The translations under genes and the position numbers were made by a program. A stretch of DNA of 64,000 nucleotides from an uncultured Erysipelotrichaceae bacterium. GTDB lineage: Bacteria; Bacillota_I; Bacilli_A; Erysipelotrichales; Erysipelotrichaceae. Position 1 is the first letter of the stretch. The number at the start of each line of letters is the position of its first letter. Below are positions 50,232 through 58,870 of this stretch, piece after piece. The DNA lies in assembly GCA_964553255.1 (NCBI GenBank), contig CAZKJS010000002.1, positions 31,734 to 95,733 on the forward strand, read 5' to 3'. A model generated the notes under the pieces. It was not told the origin of the DNA and ran no database searches. It worked only from the letters and a program-made list of their open reading frames with translations.

Positions 50232-50747
50232 TCAGTTTAAATCATTGTTTTTTAATGTCATAATAAATTCGAACAAAGAATTTGATTTTACGAGCTTCAT
50301 TACTGTTTCCTGATTCCACAATGCTCGAATTATGCCATTATATATCTTCATGAATTCTTTTCTATCTGCTTGTTGAACAGCTATCATTAATACAATTTTG
50401 ATGCGTGATTCATTCCACTTTATCCCTTTAGGATTAATTAGTACACAGAACATCGTTTTTTTAGCATTCATTTCTATTGAATGTGGTATAGCGAATGTTT
50501 CAAAAAAGCAAGTAGATGAGAGTTCTTCACGTTTAATAACTGAAGCGATAAAGCCGTTGCTTGTCAATCCGAAATCAATAACTTTTTGACCAAGAAAATT
50601 TATTGCTGAAAGTTTGTTATCTATGTTTTCGTCAATAAAAAATAGTTTCTCATGAAAATATGATATGAGCAACTTATTCTGTTGATTAAGTTCCTTTTCT
50701 TTTATGCAGCTGTGAATAGCATTATCAACTTCAATATGGTCCATCAT
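50232..50747 (-). CDS. PTS EIIA-2 (mannitol/fructose-type) domain protein; probably the detached C-terminal domain of the adjacent LicR/MtlR-type regulator
   Basis: 171 aa. EIIA-2-like core with TFAIPHS (phosphorylatable His context). It starts 18 nt after the stop of the upstream regulator ORF, in a different frame. Confidence 0.65.
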   Translation of the reverse strand: MMDHIEVDNAIHSCIKEKELNQQNKLLISYFHEKLFFIDENIDNKLSAINFLGQKVIDFGLTSNGFIASVIKREELSSTCFFETFAIPHSIEMNAKKTMFCVLINPKGIKWNESRIKIVLMIAVQQADRKEFMKIYNGIIRALWNQETVMKLVKSNSLFEFIMTLKNNDLN

Positions 50748-50764
50748 AGTATAAAACGGTGAAA

Positions 50765-52135
50765 TTACAACGACTTTCTTACGATGATGTTAATCGATTT
50801 CGTTGTAACTATCAAATCAATTTCTGAGTCTATATCAGTTTCAGTTATTGGATGCTTTATTGCTCTAATATTAATGAACTGTGAGTAGTGTTCATTAAGT
50901 CTGATTGAAATCTTATTATCGATATCGTGATAATCGTTACAATGAAGTAATATGTTTATTCTTTCTGTATCGATTGTTGAGTTTTCAATCAAAAAACCTA
51001 TATGCACGCTGATATATCCGATTTCTTCATCATTGATTGTTATATTATATTTATCGGCAATCTTATTTGCTATCATAACTGCCACATCATAGATAAAAGG
51101 GCAATTAGTTTTTATAGTTTTCCAGAATGTGTTTTTACTAGTATTGTTTATACAAGATCTTTTTATAAGTGCATCTATATGAATTGAGAAATTATAAAGT
51201 TGATCTGAAAAATTAATATCGAGCATGTAATAATTAAATACATTTAATAATATAGAATTGATTTCTTGAACAAACTCATTTGTAAGGATATCTGAATGTG
51301 TCGCTTCATCATTGACTGTCAACTTAACTGGTTTAATTTGCCCACTTATCATAATTGCGATATAAATGATGTCGTTTGTGGAAGGATTAATAGTCCAATG
51401 GTTTGCATATTGAAGACAAATATCTTTTGCGATTTTGTACTCAGGCATAGTCGTGTTGATAGAATTGTTTGGGAGTGCTTCAACATATGAGTTTTCACGC
51501 ATTCGATAAAGTGCAATTATTATGTTTATAAATAGATTAATAGAGTAGTTTTCCTCAATGAAATAGTCGTGTTTATGAATAGAGTTCAGTATTATTGATT
51601 TCATTCTTGCAACATCAATTCCATCAAAAAACGAAATAACACCATCAAAATTGTTAAAATTAGGGTCAACTTCTTTTAATATCATTTTATTGATATATTT
51701 TCTTTTATTTAATTCGTTACCCTCTATCCATAATCTGTTATTTTTCCTTTTAATATTGAGATTGAACTGGTTTAACTCATTGTTTAATTCTTTAATTCGT
51801 AAACTTAAAGTTGTTGAACTTAAATACAACAGATCTGCGAGTTCATCGAAATTGTAATCGACATTATTTATCATTAAATTCTTCAATATCTCATGATAAC
51901 GAGATTTTTCTTCTTCATCAAATAATGTTATTGATTCAATATTTTCTTTATATAGTTTATATCCGCGATTACTTGAAATAATTATTGCTTTTTTCGTATT
52001 TATATCTGCGATTTCTTTTTGAAGTGTACGTAAAGAAATGTTCAAGTGTTCGCATATTACTTGTCCTTTTAAGTAGTCATCTATTCTTGATAGAAGAGTT
52101 AAGATGTTTTTTTGCCGAGAATTCAAATTTTTCAT
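50765..52135 (-). CDS. PRD-containing transcriptional activator, LicR/MtlR/CelR (BglG) family, lacking its EIIA domain
   Basis: 456 aa. N-terminal HTH (RQKNILTLLS...CEHLNISLRTLQKEIADIN), a second Mga-like HTH, PRD segments with conserved His (FSIHIDALIKR, GYISVHIGFLIEN), and a C-terminal EIIB(Gat)-like RINILLHCND. Confidence 0.8.
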   Translation of the reverse strand: MKNLNSRQKNILTLLSRIDDYLKGQVICEHLNISLRTLQKEIADINTKKAIIISSNRGYKLYKENIESITLFDEEEKSRYHEILKNLMINNVDYNFDELADLLYLSSTTLSLRIKELNNELNQFNLNIKRKNNRLWIEGNELNKRKYINKMILKEVDPNFNNFDGVISFFDGIDVARMKSIILNSIHKHDYFIEENYSINLFINIIIALYRMRENSYVEALPNNSINTTMPEYKIAKDICLQYANHWTINPSTNDIIYIAIMISGQIKPVKLTVNDEATHSDILTNEFVQEINSILLNVFNYYMLDINFSDQLYNFSIHIDALIKRSCINNTSKNTFWKTIKTNCPFIYDVAVMIANKIADKYNITINDEEIGYISVHIGFLIENSTIDTERINILLHCNDYHDIDNKISIRLNEHYSQFINIRAIKHPITETDIDSEIDLIVTTKSINIIVRKSL

Positions 52136-52213
52136 AAATCCCTCTAGTTTAATTATACGAAAAATGATTAACTATTGAAAAATATTATTGCGGGGTAACG
52201 TGCGAAAGACATT

Positions 52214-52242
52214 TTGATTTTAACAATATTGTTTACTAAATT
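52214..52242 (+). promoter_or_regulatory. candidate promoter of the cellobiose-type PTS operon
   Basis: TTGATT (52214-52219), 17 nt, TAAATT (52237-52242). The spacer contains the perfect palindrome AACAATATTGTT (52222-52233). Confidence 0.35.
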
Positions 52243-52261
52243 AAAAGTGTAGGAGAGAAAA

Positions 52262-52591
52262 ATGAAAAAAGAAGAAATACAGAAAATTGCATTTACAATG
52301 ATTAGCCACGTAGGAGAAGCGAATAGTTGTTTTTATAAAGCGCTTGAAATGGCAAAAAAAGGTTCTTTTGAACAGGTTAGTTATTTTATGAAAAAGGGTG
52401 AAAAAAAATTACTTGATGCACATAAATCACAAACAGCTTTGTTATCAGCAGAAGCTCGAAATGAAGATGTGGAATTTAGCATAATAATGATTCATGCTCA
52501 AGACACTTTGATGAGCACGATAATGTTTGAGAGATTGGTAAAAGAAATCATTGATTTGCATAAAGAAAGAAGAGGAGTTTGCAGTGAATAG
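52262..52591 (+). CDS. PTS lactose/cellobiose-family EIIA component
   Basis: 109 aa three-helix EIIA(Lac/Cel) with HAQDTLM (phospho-His context). Confidence 0.9.
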   Translation: MKKEEIQKIAFTMISHVGEANSCFYKALEMAKKGSFEQVSYFMKKGEKKLLDAHKSQTALLSAEARNEDVEFSIIMIHAQDTLMSTIMFERLVKEIIDLHKERRGVCSE

Positions 52592-53981
52592 TTTTCTTTG
52601 GGGAAGTGCAACAGCAGCATATCAATGTGAAGGGGCATGGCAAAAAGATGGTAAAGGTTTATCGAATTGGGATGATTTTTGTCACAGCGATAAAAACAAT
52701 GTTAATCCAGTAACTGGCGACATAGCAAATGACCATTATAATCGTTATGAAGAAGATATAAAAATGATGGCAGAATCAAACCAAAATGCCTATCGTTTCT
52801 CTATAGCTTGGACAAGGATAATACCAGACGGGATTGGTAGCGTAAATCAAAAAGGAATTGATCATTACAATGATGTAATTGATACTTGCATTAAGTATAA
52901 TATGGAGCCAGTCATAACAATATATCATTGGGATATGCCGATAAACATATTTAAAAACGGAGGATGGGAAAATCGAGAAATTGTTAAACAGTTTTCAAAG
53001 TTTGCTCAAACCTGTTTCAATGCTTTTGGCGACAGAGTCAAGACTTGGATCACGATAAACGAACCGTCATATGACACAATGTGTTGTTATGGTATTGGTA
53101 ATTATCCACCAAATGTGAAAGATCTTAATAGACGTTGGAAAGCTCTTTATCATATGATGTTGGCTAGTGCTCAAGCGGTATCTGTTTTTCGAGAAGGTGG
53201 TTACGAAGGGAAAATAGGTCTAGTAAGCGACGTGTATCATGTTGATAGTTTAATTAAAGATCAAGATTATCAAGAGGCTGTTGCCAATGCTGAAGTTTTC
53301 TATAATCTATTAGTAACCGATCTTTGTATAAAAGGATTAATAAACGAAAGATTTCTAATCAAAATAAAACAAAGCAATTATGACTTATCATTCATAAAAG
53401 ACGAAGATATAGCTATTTTCGAAAGTGGAATTGTAGATTTTTTCGGTGCAAATGTTTATACAAGGATATTGGTCAAACCATACACTAAAGGTCCAACAAA
53501 ACTAACAACAAACAATACAGGAGACGGTAAGACCAAGGAAAATGTCGTTGTTGAATATTGGTTTGAAAAAGACGAAGAAGAAAATACTATTAAGAATCCA
53601 TGGGGAATGGAAGTATATCCTAAAGGTGTGTTTGATCTTTTAAAGTATATGCATATGAGATATCCGGGTTTTCCTATCATGATCACTGAAAATGGTATTG
53701 GTTATTATGATGATTTAAATGAAGAGAAAATCAAAGACGACTATCGAATAGATTTCTTAAAAGAAAATATCTGTTGGATGTTAAAAGCTAAAGATGAAGG
53801 CGTTAACGTTATTGGTTATTTTGTATGGTCGACAATGGATTTATATAGTTGGATAAATGGGTACAAGAAGCGATATGGATTAGTCTATATAGACTATGAA
53901 AATAAAAACAAAAGAATACCAAAAGAAAGTTATTTTTGGTATAAAGCGTTCATTGAAACGCAGAAAGGGGAAGAAAAATGA
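52584..53981 (+). CDS. glycoside hydrolase family 1 6-phospho-beta-glucosidase
   Basis: FLWGSATAAYQCEG, acid/base TINEP and nucleophile ITENG. The GTG at 52584 lies 7 nt after GAGGAG; the track start at 52551 overlaps the EIIA gene. Confidence 0.92.
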   Translation: MNSFLWGSATAAYQCEGAWQKDGKGLSNWDDFCHSDKNNVNPVTGDIANDHYNRYEEDIKMMAESNQNAYRFSIAWTRIIPDGIGSVNQKGIDHYNDVIDTCIKYNMEPVITIYHWDMPINIFKNGGWENREIVKQFSKFAQTCFNAFGDRVKTWITINEPSYDTMCCYGIGNYPPNVKDLNRRWKALYHMMLASAQAVSVFREGGYEGKIGLVSDVYHVDSLIKDQDYQEAVANAEVFYNLLVTDLCIKGLINERFLIKIKQSNYDLSFIKDEDIAIFESGIVDFFGANVYTRILVKPYTKGPTKLTTNNTGDGKTKENVVVEYWFEKDEEENTIKNPWGMEVYPKGVFDLLKYMHMRYPGFPIMITENGIGYYDDLNEEKIKDDYRIDFLKENICWMLKAKDEGVNVIGYFVWSTMDLYSWINGYKKRYGLVYIDYENKNKRIPKESYFWYKAFIETQKGEEK

Positions 53982-55273
53982 ATAAGATAAGTGATTTTAT
54001 TGAGAAAATGGTCGCTCCATTCGCAAACCGTTTGGGGAGACAAAAGTATGTTCAAGTCATTCAGAGTGCTTTTCTAACTTTAATTCCATTTATGGCAGTA
54101 GGAAGTTTTGCTTTAATTTTAATTTCGCCTGCAATGGATTATACAGTAATGGACCCAGGCATTCTAAAAAGTTTTTTTGAAGGATGGGCTAAACTTTCTG
54201 AATTTGCAGGAGCGCCGTTAAACGCAGTATTTATGGCATCAATGGGGGCTTTATCTTTGTATGTTGCGATAGGCATTGGTTATTACTTAGCTAAACACCA
54301 TAAAATGTCGACTTTTCTACCTGTTCTGTTAACAACCGTAACATTCATTTTGGTTTGTGGAGTTGGGTTAGATGGGGGCTTTACAACGCAATACTTCGAT
54401 GGTACGGGTTTGTTTGCAGCTATTTTTACTTCTGTTACAACTTTTGAATTTTACAAATTCTTGTATGAAAAGAAGATTGGTAGAATCGATTTTGGTTCAA
54501 GTGGAATGCCACCGGCATTATCAGAGTCGTTGGCTTCGCTGATTCCTGTCATAATAGTTGTTTTAGTCTTTGGATTATTTAGTGCGATTATTGTTCAACT
54601 AACAGGAGGTCTTTTCCCAGGGCTTGTAGGCGCAATCATGGAACCAATTGTTGGAATGATTGATAATGTTTGGGGAGTTATTTTTCTTTCAATTCTTGTT
54701 ATGGTGTTTTGGTGGTTTGGTATCCATGATTCCGTAATAACAGGACCATTATCACCGTTTTTACTTAATAACTTAGCAGCTAATATGACAGCATATGCTT
54801 CAGGTACCGCAGCTATCGCATTACCGTTTATTCTAACTGAACCGTTTTGGTGGACATTTATGACAATTGGTGGTTCAGGAGCAACATTTGGATTAGCTTT
54901 ATTATGTTTGTTTAGTCGATCTAAACATTTGAAGACAGTAGGAAAACTCGGTATTGTACCCGCATTCTTTAATATTAATGAACCAATAATATTTGGTTTA
55001 CCAATAATGTTTAATCCATTGTTCTTTGTGCCCTTTGTTATGGCGATGACAGCTAACGGTGTTATTACTTATGTTTTGATGCAATTACAAATAGTTGCAA
55101 GAACCTTTGCTAATCCAACTTGGAACATGTTTAGTCCGATTGGAGCCCTTATATCAACGATGGACTTTAAAGCTGTGGTTTTAGTTTTAGGGTTAATAAT
55201 CCTTGATATATTAATTTACTTACCATTCTTCAAAGTTTATGAAAAGCAAAAAGTAAAAGAAGAAGCTGAATAA
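53978..55273 (+). CDS. PTS cellobiose/lichenan-family EIIC permease
   Basis: 431 aa polytopic protein with FGIHDSV and NEPIIFGLPIMFNP motifs typical of EIIC(Lac/Cel). Confidence 0.92.
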   Translation: MNKISDFIEKMVAPFANRLGRQKYVQVIQSAFLTLIPFMAVGSFALILISPAMDYTVMDPGILKSFFEGWAKLSEFAGAPLNAVFMASMGALSLYVAIGIGYYLAKHHKMSTFLPVLLTTVTFILVCGVGLDGGFTTQYFDGTGLFAAIFTSVTTFEFYKFLYEKKIGRIDFGSSGMPPALSESLASLIPVIIVVLVFGLFSAIIVQLTGGLFPGLVGAIMEPIVGMIDNVWGVIFLSILVMVFWWFGIHDSVITGPLSPFLLNNLAANMTAYASGTAAIALPFILTEPFWWTFMTIGGSGATFGLALLCLFSRSKHLKTVGKLGIVPAFFNINEPIIFGLPIMFNPLFFVPFVMAMTANGVITYVLMQLQIVARTFANPTWNMFSPIGALISTMDFKAVVLVLGLIILDILIYLPFFKVYEKQKVKEEAE

Positions 55274-55275
55274 TC

Positions 55276-55572
55276 ATGAAAGTATACTTGATTTGTAACG
55301 CTGGTATGAGTACTGGTATTCTACAAATAAAACTTGAAGAGGAAGCCAAAAAAAGAGGACTAGAGTTAACGATAGAAGCAGTTCCGATGATTGAACTTAA
55401 CAGCATATTAGATGATGTTGATCTCATTCTGTTAGGACCGCAAATTAGATTTGCAGAAGAAGACATAAGGAAGACGACAACAAAGCCAATTATTGTAATT
55501 AGTCCAACCGATTTCGGTTTGATGAAAGTGGATAATATTCTTAACGATATAATTAAAATACTTAATATGTAA
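55276..55572 (+). CDS. PTS cellobiose-family EIIB component
   Basis: 98 aa. MKVYLICNAGMSTG active-site Cys context. Confidence 0.9.
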   Translation: MKVYLICNAGMSTGILQIKLEEEAKKRGLELTIEAVPMIELNSILDDVDLILLGPQIRFAEEDIRKTTTKPIIVISPTDFGLMKVDNILNDIIKILNM

Positions 55573-55587
55573 CGAATAATTATCAAG

Positions 55588-55626
55588 AAAAAGGTCCGTT
55601 TGGCGTAAAAATTGACCTTTTTTGTT
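55588..55626 (+). terminator. stem-loop plus T run after the cel-type operon
   Basis: aaaggtc (55590-55596) pairs with gaccttt (55614-55620), followed by a T run. The loop is long (17 nt). Confidence 0.45.
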
Positions 55627-55759
55627 TTGTGTTAATCATTTTCTCATATTAATATGTTAATATTAATTATAGAGTAAAATTAGTTAGATAAAAATACGAG
55701 TAAGAGTTTATAATGCAAAAGTAGATATAATAATTTAAGCAAAATAGAAAGAAATTCAT

Positions 55760-56581
55760 ATGTTTGTCGAAAGTGTAATTAAATCAAATTTCCAGCAATT
55801 AACCAAATCAGAGAAAAAAGTAGCCACGTATATTTTAGACAATATGGATGTTATGGTACACCAAACAATGGCCAATATTGCCAAAAATGTAGGAGTAGGA
55901 GAAGCAACATTAGCCCGGTTTCTTTTAAAATGCGGATTTCAATCATTACACGCGCTTAAGTATTCAATTGTTAAGGATCTTGAGAATGCCAGAGATAAGA
56001 ATACACCGATTGATTATATTGAAGAATTGTTTGGCGTTGTAAAGAAACAGATTGATGCAACTAATAACTTTTTAGATCGTGAAAAGTTAAGAGAGGTCGC
56101 AAATAAAATACAAAAAGCTAAAAATGTTTATTTCTTTGGTATTGGTCATTCAGGGATCGTTGCTGAATTAGGATCTTATCGTTTCATGCGGGTAGGGAGA
56201 GTAACAAAAGCAGTTACTGATATTCACTATCAATCGATACAAGCAACTATTACTGATCAAGATGATATCGTAATAGGAATAAGTAAAAGTGCTACATCAC
56301 CTGAAATGATAAAATCGCTATCAATCGCAAAAAAACACGGCGCAACAGTGGTCTTGATCGCATCTAATTTGCACACAGAAATGACAGAGTTGAGTGATTA
56401 TGTTTTTCTTGCAACATGTGATCATAGTTATATGTTATACAATGGTGGAGGTTTTGATGCATTTGTTACACAAATGTTAATACTTGATTCTTTAGTTACT
56501 GAATATACCTATTTAGACCCTGAAAACATAAGAAATTTGAGTGATACAATCACTGAATCATTTAGCAAAGGAAGAGAATAA
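55760..56581 (+). CDS. RpiR/MurR-family transcriptional regulator (HTH_6 plus SIS)
   Basis: LTKSEKKVATYILDN...IAKNVGVGEATLARF HTH and a SIS domain (VYFFGIGHSG). Confidence 0.88.
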   Translation: MFVESVIKSNFQQLTKSEKKVATYILDNMDVMVHQTMANIAKNVGVGEATLARFLLKCGFQSLHALKYSIVKDLENARDKNTPIDYIEELFGVVKKQIDATNNFLDREKLREVANKIQKAKNVYFFGIGHSGIVAELGSYRFMRVGRVTKAVTDIHYQSIQATITDQDDIVIGISKSATSPEMIKSLSIAKKHGATVVLIASNLHTEMTELSDYVFLATCDHSYMLYNGGGFDAFVTQMLILDSLVTEYTYLDPENIRNLSDTITESFSKGRE

Positions 56582-56604
56582 CAAATAAAAATAATTTATC
56601 GTTG

Positions 56605-56629
56605 AAAGCCTTTACACAAGGCTTTTTTT
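56605..56629 (+). terminator. rho-independent terminator
   Basis: aaagcctt (56605-56612) pairs with aaggcttt (56618-56625), T run to 56629. Confidence 0.75.
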
Positions 56630-56766
56630 ATGTTACATTGGCGGTGATGGAATATCACACCATAAAAAACATATCAAATGGAGTAATAAACCATGTTTAC
56701 TTGAATAATGTGCAATGTGTTTTTTAAGGTAAAGATATAACAGCATCTAAATAGAAAGGAGGATAT

Positions 56767-57255
56767 ATGATTTCATTAATCAGATGCGATGATCGATTGA
56801 TTCACGGACAGTGTATGGTTAGATTAGTACAACACTTTAAATTGAATCACATTATTGTGATTGATGATTTAACAGCGACTAATTCTATATTGAAATCTGT
56901 CTTTGAAAAATCGGCAATGCCGGGAATGAAGATCAGTGTATACTCGCACGATAATTGTACTGAAAGCCTAATTGAGGCAATTGACAGTAAGATGAGTGTA
57001 ATGATTGTGTTTAGATTTCCGACAACAATTAAGCGGATTTTTGAATTAGTTCCCGATTTACCAAAATCTGTTATGGTCGGTCCAGTACAAATGCGTGCTG
57101 GTTGTAAAGAAGTTCAACTAGGAACTTATCTTTCACCAGAAGAGTTGGAGATAGTCAAAGATTTTGTCGAAAACAAAGGTGTTGATATTTATTTCCAAGT
57201 CATACCTGATCAGAAAAGACTTTCATGGAATGACGTCAAAAACAAAGTATCTTAG
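56767..57255 (+). CDS. PTS mannose/sorbose-family EIIB component
   Basis: 162 aa. LIRCDDRLIHGQ phospho-His motif. Confidence 0.9.
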   Translation: MISLIRCDDRLIHGQCMVRLVQHFKLNHIIVIDDLTATNSILKSVFEKSAMPGMKISVYSHDNCTESLIEAIDSKMSVMIVFRFPTTIKRIFELVPDLPKSVMVGPVQMRAGCKEVQLGTYLSPEELEIVKDFVENKGVDIYFQVIPDQKRLSWNDVKNKVS

Positions 57256-57282
57256 AATGTCATAACGAAGGGAGATAGAAAA

Positions 57283-58041
57283 ATGACATTATTACAAGCG
57301 ATTTTAATATCGTTACTTGGCTACCTAACATACATTCACGTACCCTTTCTTGGTGGTGGATTAATAGGATGGTATTGTGTTGGTAGACCTTTAGTTTCTG
57401 CATTCTTTATTGGGTTGATATTAGGAGATGTTACTACAGCTATTAAATTAGGTGTTTACATCCAATTGATTTTTATTGGACTAGTTACACCAGGTGGATC
57501 AATTTCGCCAGATATGAACTTAGCTACTTATGTTGCCTTACCGATTGGGGTAGTGACCGGACTTGATGCTGGTGCTACAACAGCTTTGGCGATTACAGTA
57601 GCATCAATCGCTAACGTTATGGCGGCTCCAAACTTTGCTGCTACCATGATTCCTGTTAACTACCAGAAAAAACTTGTTAATGATGGCAAACTTGCTGCAG
57701 CAACAAAAGTTCCGATTTGGGGTAACGGTGTAAAATTCTTATTCCGTTTTATTCCGACATTTGTATGTGTTTATTGGGGACAGGTTGCTATTGAATGGTT
57801 AATAGCTAATTCACCACAAAGTTTGATTAGTATAATGACAATATTTGGTAATCCGATGTCGTTAGTTGGATTTGCAATTCTTATGAAATTGATGATCAAA
57901 TCACCAACAGATATTATTTACTTCACTATTGGTTTTGCGTTGTTTGCAGCTCTTGGTGCAGACATGGTTACCGTTTTGGTATTTGGTTTAGTTCTGTCAC
58001 TAATTGAGTTCAAAGTTGGCAGAGCTAGAAAAGGAGCTTAG
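57283..58041 (+). CDS. PTS mannose/sorbose-family EIIC component
   Basis: 252 aa polytopic protein between EIIB and EIID, with typical Gly-rich TM segments. Confidence 0.85.
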   Translation: MTLLQAILISLLGYLTYIHVPFLGGGLIGWYCVGRPLVSAFFIGLILGDVTTAIKLGVYIQLIFIGLVTPGGSISPDMNLATYVALPIGVVTGLDAGATTALAITVASIANVMAAPNFAATMIPVNYQKKLVNDGKLAAATKVPIWGNGVKFLFRFIPTFVCVYWGQVAIEWLIANSPQSLISIMTIFGNPMSLVGFAILMKLMIKSPTDIIYFTIGFALFAALGADMVTVLVFGLVLSLIEFKVGRARKGA

Positions 58042-58043
58042 AT

Positions 58044-58868
58044 ATGGCTGAAACGAAACTAACAAAAAAGATGATTAGAAAATCATTCATAAATTGGATG
58101 ATGTATAATCTTGCATTGTATCAACCAGAAACAATGCAAGCACCAGCATTGGTTAAGATGTTTGGTGATATTAGAGAAGATTTATATCCTAAAGATGTTG
58201 CTGCTCAACAAGAATTAATGGCAAGACATTTACCGTTCTTTAACACAGAGCCATTCTTAGGCTGTATCATTCCTGGTATCGCTCTTGGTATGGAAGCTGA
58301 AAAAGCAGCTGGTGGCGATGTTTCTGTTGAATTGATTACGGCAATAAAATCAGCACTAATGGGTCCATTTGCTGGTATTGGTGATGCTTTGCTACCTGGA
58401 ACTTTCATTCCTATTTTATTAGCAATCAGTTGTGGCTTGAGTGCTAATGGTGAAGTTACCGGTGTCTTCTTTTACATGGCCGTATTTTTGGGGGTAATGA
58501 TCCCTGTTACTTGGTTCATGTTTACAAAAGGCTGTCAACTAGGAGCTTCAGCAGCTGAGATGATCTTAGGTAATGATCTAAAAGATGACATTATCAATTC
58601 ATTGAATATAGTTGGTTTATGTGTTGTTGGTTGTGTTGCTGCTGCTTATGCTAGAATCAATATCTCTTGGACATACGTACAAGATGGTGTAACTTTAGTT
58701 GATCTTGGCGCATTGATTAATGGTGTATGGCCAAAACTCCCAGTTTTCTTAGGAGCTTTAGGTACTTATTGGCTAATGGCTAAGAAAAATTGGGGAGCAA
58801 TGAAAGTAATTGGTCTGTACTTAATTATTGCTATAATTGGATATTTTACAGGTTTCTTAGCTCCGTAA
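58044..58868 (+). CDS. PTS mannose/sorbose-family EIID component
   Basis: 274 aa. N-terminal amphipathic region (MIRKSFINWMMYNLALYQPETMQAPA) and HLPFFNTEPF motif typical of EIID. Confidence 0.9.
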   Translation: MAETKLTKKMIRKSFINWMMYNLALYQPETMQAPALVKMFGDIREDLYPKDVAAQQELMARHLPFFNTEPFLGCIIPGIALGMEAEKAAGGDVSVELITAIKSALMGPFAGIGDALLPGTFIPILLAISCGLSANGEVTGVFFYMAVFLGVMIPVTWFMFTKGCQLGASAAEMILGNDLKDDIINSLNIVGLCVVGCVAAAYARINISWTYVQDGVTLVDLGALINGVWPKLPVFLGALGTYWLMAKKNWGAMKVIGLYLIIAIIGYFTGFLAP

Positions 58869-58870
58869 TT

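Noticed and set aside
52136-52261. Search for CcpA cre sites (TGNAANCGNWNNCA) upstream of the cel-type operon, and at 56582-56766 upstream of the Man-type PTS operon.
   Set aside because: I found no sequence with the central CG and flanking TG/CA symmetry. This cannot be excluded without a matrix scan.
55230-55586. 118-aa minus-strand ORF exactly covering the PTS EIIB gene.
   Set aside because: The plus-strand EIIB has the active-site Cys motif and operon context. The antisense product is hydrophobic low-complexity sequence.
55641-55700. AT-only palindromes (such as TTAATATTAA at 55657-55666) upstream of the RpiR gene.
   Set aside because: This is low-complexity AT-rich intergenic DNA, and such palindromes are expected by chance.
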